Positions 11,501 to 20,100 of a stretch of DNA of 64,000 bases are shown here, in pieces. A program made the position numbers and the translations under genes. The notes below the pieces were generated by a model. It saw nothing but the letters and a program-made list of their open reading frames with translations, ran no database searches and was not told where the DNA came from. Source of the DNA: Chamaesiphon sp. (lineage in GTDB: Bacteria; Cyanobacteriota; Cyanobacteriia; Cyanobacteriales; Chamaesiphonaceae). The stretch spans positions 107,160 through 171,159 of the forward strand of contig CBDFFH010000043.1 in the NCBI GenBank assembly GCA_965246715.1, read 5' to 3'. Positions within the stretch are counted from its first letter, which is position 1; every line of letters starts with the position of its first letter.

Positions 11501-12937
11501 TGGCAGATCTTGGGATTACGATCGTGGCTGGAGGATCTGTTCTCCCATGCTACCCAAGTTGAAGATTTTGAAGTCGAACATACCTTCGAGCGGATCGGGC
11601 AGCGGACGCTCCAGCTCAATGCCCGCCAAATTCCGGCGATTGGCAACGATCGATTAATCTTACTCGCGATCGTTGATATCACTCAGCGCAAGCACATGGA
11701 TACAGAACGGGCGCAATTATTTACGCTCGAACGCACCGCTAGATCGACAGCAGATGCCGCAAATCTCGCCAAAGATGTCTTCTTGTCGATCCTCTCCCAC
11801 GAACTCCGCAGCCCGCTGAGTGCTATGTTAGGCTGGTCGCGACTCCTCCGCAGCGGTAAATTAACCCCAGCTCAAGTCGAGCACGGCTTAGAAGTAATCG
11901 ATCGCAGTGCGAGCATCCAAAATCAACTGATCGAGGATCTGTTAGATATTTCGAGTATTACCAATGGTAAGCTCCGACTCGATGCCGAACTCATCGACCT
12001 AGTACCCGTTATCGAAGCCGCGATCGATACAGTCGCGATCTCGGCTACAGCCAAAAACATCCAGATCCACACTCAACTCGATCCCTTTCCAGATCGCATC
12101 TTGGGCGACTTTGGCCGCCTCCAGCAGGTGATGTGGAATATCCTCGGGAATGCGATTAAATTCACCGATCCTGGTGGCAAAGTCACCGTGCGGCTATCGT
12201 CAGTCGATCGCCAGCCAACCGATACCACTCGACAGAGTGCCGGCTACGCGCAAATTCAAGTCATCGATAATGGCAAAGGCATCGATCCGGAATTTTTACC
12301 GCATGTATTCGATCGGTTTCTTCAAGCCGACAGTTCCGCCCAGCGCAATTACGCTGGACTCGGACTCGGACTAACGATCGTCCGCCATATCGTCGAACTC
12401 CATGGCGGGACGATCGAAGTAGTCAGTGCAGTCGGCTCGGGATCGACATTTACGATTCGGCTCCCGCTCTCTCCTAGAATTGCTGGCGAGTCAGCACCTC
12501 CAGCAGCCGACGCGATCGATCTGGGAGCTACTACTCTAGTAGACGCGTCCACCCTCATCGGGATTCACGTCCTCCTCGTCGATGACGAGGAAGATGTACG
12601 GACGCTGATAGCGACGATCCTCGAACAATCTGGTGCGACAGTCACCCCCGTCGCCGCTGCGCCTGCTGCCCTCCAACTCTTGCAAGCAGCACCCCAAAAA
12701 TATGCTGTCCTCTTGTCCGATATCGGGATGCCAGGGCAAGATGGCTGGTCGTTTATCCGTCAAGTTCGGGCACTCAGTGCCGCCGCCGGGGGACAAATTC
12801 CAGCCGCTGCACTGACGGCATATGCCAGTAGTCGAGAGCGCGCTCTGGCGCTCCAGCTCGGCTTTCAAATCCATATTGCCAAGCCTGTCGAACCCGATCT
12901 GTTGGTGGCGATCGTTGCCGATCTGGCGCGGGATTAG
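8561..12937 (+). CDS. CheB/CheR fusion hybrid sensor kinase (CheB, CheR, coiled coil, PAS, HisKA, HATPase, REC)
   Basis: GASAGG/QH/DG CheB motifs; VWVAGCATGEE and CRNVLIYF CheR motifs; SHELRSPL H-box; GLGLGL; LLVDDE receiver. Confidence 0.92.
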   Translation: MATRSSSRQSKSQPTTSSPSAASQLNPSSNGKPIATAIVGIGASAGGLEAFTLLLRHLSIETGMAYVLIQHLDPQHKSLLTEILARTTQMPVTEITDGIEIEPNHIYIIPPNTQTVFRNGRLKLSPREKTKGIFHPIDLFFHSIAAECGSQAIGVVLSGGDGDGALGLSAIKAAGGITFAQDLPSSQFGGMPHSAANTGQVDFILPPAEIAKKLNQMSAHSGSAAGGTIVATASQPDPTAEIDLDRLSERPLTPKLSPNTALADSAPAQLDPLDRIFELLQLQTGANFAGYKHATLNRRMQRRMHQQQIGTVADYLNYLVAYPAEVEALYRDFLIDVTSFFRDPVAFQSLKDNILPQIVRQQQVPKAPIRVWVAGCATGEEVYSIAICLLEVLAELKLPAQIQIFATDLNELAIETARAGIYSKAKVEGVSAERLQQFFIPVAGGYQIDRAVRDLCVFAKHNLCSDPPFSRLDTIVCRNVLIYFGAKLQKKVMQTLHYGLKPTGFLMLGSSETTGSSADLFHAVEFAEDTSAAKQYKFYTKKLVSLLPNLDFTIGGEIRSYSPLQPPIAPDDRTANIDLQQITDDIVWKRYAPAGVTIDSDLQILQFRGDTSPYLSSAPGKPSFSLLKMARVDLRVELRAAIYQAKKLNLPVSKSSLSELIKFEVIPVRVPGLAERYFLILFEPLVEALPTSLTADLDQANEAAGLPEMTLTRKRARKTLVERENLQLKHKLALTQEHLQTITEEQEAIEQAARATQEEMLSSNEEFQSTNEELETAKEEIQAANEELSTVNEELRNRNLEATQANNDLLNILSSVRLPILIVDTDLRIGRFTPMAERIFNLIPTDLGRSFKDIRHNLNIPDLDRSILQTIETLTIYQQEIQDRSGNWYQLEIRPYQTHDKIVAGATVVLIDINELKQRAQEIQVARDYANAIVETVWEPQLVLDRELRIVTVNHAFYEMFEFTPPQVAGQLLDKLENGQWQILGLRSWLEDLFSHATQVEDFEVEHTFERIGQRTLQLNARQIPAIGNDRLILLAIVDITQRKHMDTERAQLFTLERTARSTADAANLAKDVFLSILSHELRSPLSAMLGWSRLLRSGKLTPAQVEHGLEVIDRSASIQNQLIEDLLDISSITNGKLRLDAELIDLVPVIEAAIDTVAISATAKNIQIHTQLDPFPDRILGDFGRLQQVMWNILGNAIKFTDPGGKVTVRLSSVDRQPTDTTRQSAGYAQIQVIDNGKGIDPEFLPHVFDRFLQADSSAQRNYAGLGLGLTIVRHIVELHGGTIEVVSAVGSGSTFTIRLPLSPRIAGESAPPAADAIDLGATTLVDASTLIGIHVLLVDDEEDVRTLIATILEQSGATVTPVAAAPAALQLLQAAPQKYAVLLSDIGMPGQDGWSFIRQVRALSAAAGGQIPAAALTAYASSRERALALQLGFQIHIAKPVEPDLLVAIVADLARD

Positions 12938-13051
12938 CAGCTAGCTATCTCGATCTCGATCGTGGTGGTCATCTGGCTCAAATTCGCGGAATCTTAGCTA
13001 CTTGTGACAGGATTATCATCCATTCTCGATCGTTATAGCTGCACCTAATTA

Positions 13052-13281
13052 ACATTAGTTTGGAATAAGGAAAAATTGATTTGCTTCGCTCTAGCACCGC
13101 CCTGAACTATAAGTTCGGGCTAATAGCTAAAGTTCGTTGAAACGAACTGCCAAATTAATTAGTTCGTTTCAACGAACTTTAGCTATTAGCCCCAAATTCA
13201 TTTGAGGGCGGTGCAGAAACGAAGCTAGGAGTCATCCCTCGGATGTGCGGAGCCAATATCCTTAACCCTACCGAACTCATA
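13052..13281. mobile_element. Degenerate copy of the MITE at 29048-29260 (long branched hairpin)
   Basis: Shared core ACCGCCCTGAACT...AAGTTCGTTGAAACGAACT...CCCCAAATTCATTTGAGGGCGGT; eroded TIRs. Confidence 0.7.
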
Positions 13282-13743
13282 TTAAGTATTTCCCCAAGCT
13301 GCATTCGCACCCCCTTAAGCGATCGCCGTATACATTTATTTACAAATTATTTTTTAGCCTCACAACTATTACAGACAGCTAGCTCTAGTCGATCGGTTGG
13401 TCGAAAAACGATCGCGATTTTCAACGATCGATTATTAAAAAAATCTTAAGAGCGTCAAAGATCGAAGATATCGCTAAATTTAACTCAAGAGATCGAGCTA
13501 TTGCTGACAAGGTGTTGAGGGTTAACCGTAATTAGAGATGGACTACCGATAGGTAGATCGACTCATGCCTAATCGGTTAAATATGCGCATGTTCGCTATT
13601 TTTAAGTAATTATTTGAAAAAGTGAGTAGTCAATCGCAATCTAAAGCGATCGAGTAAAATCTGAGGGAAAGAAACAACTCGCTTTAACCTCGGTGTCCGA
13701 TTGAGTTCAGGTTTTCATTTGGCTGACCAACTACTCAGTAATC

Positions 13744-14190
13744 ATGGGGGCAATAGCAATGATCTCGATTTTTGAAGCAGTATCTCAGCCGTTGCTCGTC
13801 CTCGATGGCAATCTCCGCGTCCTCACAGCCAATCGCGCTTTCTATAGACTGTTTGAAGTTTTGCCGACGGAAATGGAAGGTCAACTCTTCGCCAAATTGC
13901 CTAATCGGCAATGGCAGATTCCCGAATTACACGCTCGGATTGCGGCTCTGCTGCTATATGACACCCAAGTTCGGGATTTTGAAGCGATCGGTATTTTCGC
14001 CCGAGGCGGACTCAAGACAATGCTAGTCAATGCTCGACAAATTCCTAATTCGAACGACGAGGAAGCTTTGATTAGGGTAGATACCGATCGACTCAGTGAC
14101 GCAGACTTGCCGCTAGCACTCCACAATGTGGTAAGAAATCCAACGATCTTGATTCAGATCTCCGAAGTGTCTGGAGTGCAAACTCACTAG
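13744..14190 (+). CDS. Stand-alone PAS domain protein
   Basis: QPLLVLDGNLRVLTANRAFY...NARQIP aligns by eye with the second PAS of the upstream kinase. Confidence 0.7.
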   Translation: MGAIAMISIFEAVSQPLLVLDGNLRVLTANRAFYRLFEVLPTEMEGQLFAKLPNRQWQIPELHARIAALLLYDTQVRDFEAIGIFARGGLKTMLVNARQIPNSNDEEALIRVDTDRLSDADLPLALHNVVRNPTILIQISEVSGVQTH

Positions 14191-14276
14191 CAAGACTGCC
14201 TACTCTGCCAGTCACGAGCGTCAATCCAAAATCCAAAATCACACCGGATGTCAATTATCACCTGAGCCAACTGAGC

Positions 14277-14732
14277 CTAGGCAGCATTACTGAATAAAAA
14301 ATGCGTCATCTCCGCACTAATGCCTTCTAGTTCGATCCGGCTGGATTCTGGCAAACCAAAGCCGATATAACTCAATACTTCTTCCCAAGCCTGAAGTTCC
14401 TCCATCGTCCGCACTTGGCGTAATTTATCTACATAAAAATTGTGCCAAAACAGTGGTGCGATATGGTCGTATTTTTTCCAGCGCTTGCGCCAAGCTCTGA
14501 CATCGCGATGGTTGGGCAATGCCACGCCGACAATCGGTGGTAAATCGGCATAACTGACGAATGTACTCATTTTCTTACCGACGACGTGTACCACGTATCG
14601 CCAACAGTTGACCTTATAAATGTCATCTGGCGATCGTTTGAGACACATCGCAACAGCATCTTTGGTGACAAATCTACTTTGGGGATTTGTGATGACTGTG
14701 GATTGAGTGGGTGCAGATGGAGCTAGTAACAT
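14277..14732 (-). CDS. Hypothetical protein
   Basis: 151-aa ATG ORF with protein-like composition; no family recognised. Confidence 0.6.
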   Translation of the reverse strand: MLLAPSAPTQSTVITNPQSRFVTKDAVAMCLKRSPDDIYKVNCWRYVVHVVGKKMSTFVSYADLPPIVGVALPNHRDVRAWRKRWKKYDHIAPLFWHNFYVDKLRQVRTMEELQAWEEVLSYIGFGLPESSRIELEGISAEMTHFLFSNAA

Positions 14733-15314
14733 GGGAGGACACCAAAAAGGATGATGGATTATTGGTGGTAATGCACGGATAAATTATGAATTATGCGGCG
14801 CTTGCTCGTTGGGGAAGCAGCTACGAACAGAGATCGAGACAAGCAATCGCCACAAGACAAAGTGATGAATTACCAGTCCGATCGGCGATCGGATCGGTCA
14901 GCTGCGCTCTCACCTATATTATAGTACATTTTTACCAAAGTAGGAGGATTGGAGTTAGATTGTACGCTGAATTTAAAGCAGAATTCAAGACACCAGATGT
15001 GGCGTAGTGCAAAGATTCTGCCACCAATCGGTTAGCTATTTTCTACGATGGCGCAGGGTCGGGAGAGGGGAAGATGAGTGGAGAGATTTTAGCTTTTTGG
15101 CCGATCGCCCCTGAAATATCTCCACACTCGCAAACAATAGTTAGCAAATCGGGATGAGAATTGGGAAACATAGAGAAGTACTAGATTTACCGCGTTAACT
15201 GTCTGTCAGCTCCTGCTGTTATTGTCGCGAAAACCACCCACACTCCCAAGGGAGGAATTCCGCCTACAGCCTGACGGCAAACCGTTCGATTACCCCCACA
15301 TTGCAGCGTAAACT

Positions 15315-16244
15315 ATGGCTACTCTCGTTTCTTCACCCATCCAACGTCTTACTGCGAATATCGCTCAGCAAATTGTCGGAAAGGATCGGGCGATTCAGCT
15401 GGTCTTGACGGCTTTGCTCTCAGGGGGACACGTATTATTAGAAGATGTGCCTGGAGTCGGTAAAACCTTACTAGCCAAATCGCTGGCCAAATCGATCGAC
15501 GGTAAATTTCAGCGGATCCAATGTACGCCCGATTTACTCCCTTCCGATATTACGGGGACAAACATCTGGAATCCTGGCAGTCGAGAATTTGAATTTATCC
15601 CTGGGCCGATTTTTACGAATATTTTGCTGGCGGATGAGATCAACCGCGCTACGCCACGCACCCAGTCAGCATTATTAGAAGTCATGGAAGAGCAGCAGGT
15701 GACGCTCGATGGACTCTCGCGTCCCGTCCCCACACCATTCTTTGTCATCGCGACCCAAAACCCGATCGAGTCGCATGGGACATTTGCGCTACCAGAAGCA
15801 CAGATGGATCGCTTTGCCATCTCTCTGAGTTTGGGTTATCCCAATGCGGCGGAAGAGTTGCAAATGCTCCAAGGCTTGACGACAGGACTGCCTGTAAATA
15901 ACTTAGAACCCTGCATCACGCTTGCAGAAGTGCAAGCAATCCGCCAACAGTGTCAGCAAGTCAAAGTCGAACCGTCAATCCAACAATATATCGTCGATCT
16001 CGTCCGCGCGACGCGCAATGACAGCGAAATTAGCCTGGGAGTGAGTCCGCGTGGGGCTGTAGCTCTCCATAAAGCTACTCAGTCTTGGGCATGGCTTCAA
16101 GGGCGTTCTTATGCCCTCCCAGATGATGTTAAGGAGCTTGCTCTCTATGTCCTGGCGCATCGGATTATGCCGATCGGCGGTCGGCGTGGGACACAAATTA
16201 TTACTCGATTATTGCAGACGGTGACTGTCGATCGAGTTCGCTAG
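15315..16244 (+). CDS. moxR: MoxR family AAA+ ATPase
   Basis: EDVPGVGKT Walker A, RIQCTPDLLPSDITG, LLADEINRA, LPEAQMDRF. Confidence 0.93.
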   Translation: MATLVSSPIQRLTANIAQQIVGKDRAIQLVLTALLSGGHVLLEDVPGVGKTLLAKSLAKSIDGKFQRIQCTPDLLPSDITGTNIWNPGSREFEFIPGPIFTNILLADEINRATPRTQSALLEVMEEQQVTLDGLSRPVPTPFFVIATQNPIESHGTFALPEAQMDRFAISLSLGYPNAAEELQMLQGLTTGLPVNNLEPCITLAEVQAIRQQCQQVKVEPSIQQYIVDLVRATRNDSEISLGVSPRGAVALHKATQSWAWLQGRSYALPDDVKELALYVLAHRIMPIGGRRGTQIITRLLQTVTVDRVR

Positions 16245-16506
16245 ATTTTGTGGTTTTGGATTCGATCGCTGTCGAAATCATGCTTGAGCCGAATAGCTTC
16301 GATCGATCTAATGTTAGACTTCGCGTAGTAGTATTAACCCTATGTTCTGGGTAGAAATTGCCCACACAGACGATCCCCGATCGCCTAATAAATTCGATCG
16401 ATTATACTTGTTTAATACGCGGATATACAAATAGAAATATCGGCTCAGAGCAATGCCCGACCTAAGTTATAGGATATGCTAGAGCTTTAATTCACCATAA
16501 AGTTTG

Positions 16507-16812
16507 ATGATTCTGGAAGCTGTTAATCTAAGTGTAATTGCCGGAACAGAAGACGAGTTCGAGGCGGCTTTTGCCACCGCCACCCCATTAATCTCAGCTA
16601 TCGATGGCTATCTCTCGCACGAGTTGCACCGCTGCTTGGAAGTCCCCGGCAAATATCTTTTATTAGTCCGCTGGCGCAATCTCGAAGACCACACGATCGG
16701 ATTCAGACAATCGCCCCAATTTATCCAGTGGAAACAGTTACTCCATCATTTCTACGATCCGTTTCCGACTGTAGAGCATTTTGAGTTGTCGCTGGCACAT
16801 CATCCAAACTAA
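16507..16812 (+). CDS. Antibiotic biosynthesis monooxygenase (ABM) family protein
   Basis: GYLSHEL.RC.E...YLLLVRW..LEDHT.GFR.S...LLHHFYDPFP.VEHF. Confidence 0.85.
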   Translation: MILEAVNLSVIAGTEDEFEAAFATATPLISAIDGYLSHELHRCLEVPGKYLLLVRWRNLEDHTIGFRQSPQFIQWKQLLHHFYDPFPTVEHFELSLAHHPN

Positions 16813-16901
16813 TACCATTTTGGATTTTGGATTGGGGAAACATTGCTGTCTCTGAAGTCGATCGATCTATCTGTCAGGATCGGTTTTTAAATTGGGATAA
16901 C

Positions 16902-17083
16902 GGCGTTGCTGAATATGGGTATGATTTTTTGTAGGGGTGCCCCTGTCTTGTCGTTTTTTTATTCGGGGGGAACCCCCGAATAAAAACGCCGCTTGTGAGT
17001 ACCCTGAATCGATGCGGGGTAAGCACGAGGCATTACCCCTACAAAAATTGTTTGTGCGTTTCATACATTAATTCAGCAACGCC
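16902..17083. mobile_element. 182-bp MITE carrying an inverted REP pair (empty target allele of the IS110)
   Basis: TIRs GGCGTTGCTGAAT / ATTCAGCAACGCC; 8-bp TSD GGGATAAC (16894-16901, 17084-17091); near-identical to the split copy at 27861-29525. Confidence 0.88.
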
Positions 17084-17199
17084 GGGATAACGTCAGTTTC
17101 TCCTAGCGGAGAGAGTACGCCAACGGGTTAAGGAGATTTGCTTCGTTTTGTACAGCCAACGATTTCCACTCTCCAGGCAACTCTGATCCCAAACTCAGG

Positions 17200-20100
17200 C
17201 TACTGATGATTTTTCGGCCAGGTCACATAAAAAGTTGTCCCCCGTCCTAAACTCGACTCTAACCGAATCGTACCTTGCTCTGTTTCGACGATCTTTTTGA
17301 CGATCGCCAACCCAATTCCCGTACTATCACTATTGTCCTGAACTTTGAGGGTTTGGAAAATAGCAAAGACTTTTTCGTGATGTTCGGGGGCGATACCGGG
17401 GCCGTCATCTTTGATGATAAATTCATGGCAGTCGGGATGTTCGATCGCCGAAATGTGCAGATGTCCGGTGACAGAAGTATGGTGATTGATGGCGTTGCTA
17501 ATTAAGTTAGCAAAAACTTGGCTCAAAAATACGCGCTTGGTGGTAAGGGTTGGTAGCGGTTGCTGAATGTCGATCGTAAAGCCCTCTGGTGGGGCGAGAG
17601 AGTCGATAATCTCGCTCAGGAGTTCGGCAAGGTCAAATGTTTCCAACTGGGCTTCTTGTCTTCCGGCGCGGGCGTACAGCAGCAAACTGTCAATCATTGA
17701 TTCCATCCGTTTGACGCGGGTGCGGAGGAGCTGAAACTGTTGCTGAGAGTCTGGTGGCAACTGACCGTCTAAATCCTCTTCAATCCAGACTGACAAGTTA
17801 GAAATCGCCCGTAGGGGAGCTTTGAGATCGTGGGAGACAGTATGTACGAAGCTGTCTAGCTCCTTGTTACGTTCGGCAAGTTCTGCTTCGGCTTGTTGCA
17901 GATCGGTAATGTCGGTATTGGTGCCAAACCAGCGTCTAATTTGTCCTGACTCATCGCGGATCGGCACTGCGCGAGACAAAAACCAGCGGTATGCGCCATC
18001 TCGACCTCGGAGCGGAAATATATCTTCCCATTCTTCACCGATTTCGAGATGATGGCGGAATAGCTTCACTACTCGATCGATATGTTCGGGATGATGAACG
18101 CTTTGCCAGCCCCAGCCCTGCATCTGTTCTAGCGTCGTACCTGTATACTCAAACCAGCGACGGTTGTACCAGAAGATCCAGCCGTTTTCGTCGGTCATCC
18201 ACGCAAACTGAGTGATATTATCGGCTAAAGTGCGGAATCGCTCTTCACTCTCGCGTAATTCTGCTTCAGCGCGTTTGCGATCGGTGATTTCTTGGACGAC
18301 GACATTAATCCCCGCGATCTGTCCGGTTTCATCCCTCAGCGGATAACAATTTTGAATCCAAGTTCTCTGGACTCCAGGTTGAGCTAGAGTTTCACCACTA
18401 ATTTCGATATTTAGCAGTGGCTCTCCGGTGGTGAAGATGCTGTTCAGGATCGGTTCGTCTTCATCTGCCACACTAGGCACGATTTCGCGCAGCGTGCGAC
18501 CGATATGGTCGTCAATATCGATACCATTAATTTCTGCCAGCCGCTGATTGAGGCGGACATAGCGCAAGTCTCGATCGAGAATTGTTAGCCCGATGGGTGC
18601 GGTTTGATAAATCGCTTCGATCTCCATCAGTTGTCGTTGCACGAGTAATTGACTCTGATGTAACTCTTCCTCTGTGCGTTTACGTTCGGTAATGTCGGTA
18701 GTAAAGCCAACGATATTTATCATTTGTCCGTGCGAATCATACTGGAAATAGCTGCGATCGGACACGTATACCCAGTGCCCTGCGGCATGACGGACGCGAT
18801 ATTCGCTTTCAAAGCGAGCTATCCCCACTGGAGCTGCTAGGAACTCCGATTGGGTGCGCTCTAGGTCATCGGGATGCACTCGATCCATCCACCAATCGTT
18901 CGTTGGCGGCACATCTTCTGGTCGATAGCCCAGCAGCTCGAACAGTCCTTTAGATCGATAGATTGTTTTTGTTTGGAGATTCCACTCGTACACCATCCCT
19001 CGCACTGCTAGCATCGCTGACTCAAATCGGGCGTTACTCTGGGCTAGGTTGGCTGTGGCGACTTGCCGTTCGGTAATATCGTAGTTGATGCCGTCAAACG
19101 AGATTGGTGCGCCGTCAGGGGCATATGTTGCCTTGCCAGCCGATCGAATCCAGCGAATTTCGCCTGTGTTTGGGTGGACTGCTCGGTGGTCGATCTCATA
19201 GAGAGTGCCCTCTCGCAGTGCAGCTTCAACCGCCAGCCGAGTTGGTTCGCGATCGTCGGGATGGACGCGACTCCAGAACAAGTCGATCGTCGCCTCGGCA
19301 TCGGGCGGCACAAAGAATAGTTCCCTAGTGCGATCGTCCCAATTGAGTGCGCCCAATGGGAGTGAGTTGAGCCATAGCCCGATCCCAGTGTTGTTCAGTA
19401 CAAATTCCAGTCGCTCTCGATACAGTAGTATTTCTTGCTCTGTCTGCTTACGTTCCGTAATATCCTGCACCGTGCCGCGCAAGCCGACGATCGTTCCAGC
19501 CGGATCGCGCACGACTTCGCTACGAGTAGTAATCCAGATCGGCATACCATCATTGCGGAATGCTGGTAAGTCCAATTCGTAGCCGATTCCGGTGTCTAGG
19601 CTGCGCTGCACCTCTGCATTGAGCTGCTGCCAGCTTTCGTGCGAATACAGCCAGCCAGCTTGAGCAGCGAAATTGGGCAAGGTATCGCGGGGGTCGAATC
19701 CATAAATCCGCGCCAGTTCGTCCGAGCCAGTGGTGACATCGGTTTGCGTGTCCAAATACCAATTACCAATCTTACCAATCCGTTGCGCCTCTGTGAGTTC
19801 GGCTTCACGCAGCCGGAGTTGCGATTGTAATCGTTTGAGTTCGGTTACATCGGTAAACGTTGCCACGCAGCCGCGCACGGCGTGGTGCTCGTCAAATAGC
19901 GGCACGGCAGTTACCAACCAATCGAATGCCGCTCCGTCTGCTCGTACCATTTGGATTTCGACATCTCGCACCGCTTGCCCCTGCGCGGTTGCCAGTTGCA
20001 TTGGGAGCTGGTCGCCAAGAAGTTCTCGACCATTGTGGTATTGACGGAATGGTAAAGTTTCAGCTTCCGCTCCAGTTGCCGAAACGTTGGTATCAGGGGA

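Noticed and set aside
15225..15310. GGCAAACC plus small hairpins upstream of moxR, suggesting a c-di-GMP-I riboswitch
   Set aside because: Lacks the following GNRA-capped stem and the GCAAAGC segment
16867..17064. Short ORFs at 16867-17064, 29102-29311 and 2377-2691
   Set aside because: They lie in palindromic repeats or MITEs and have no coding signature
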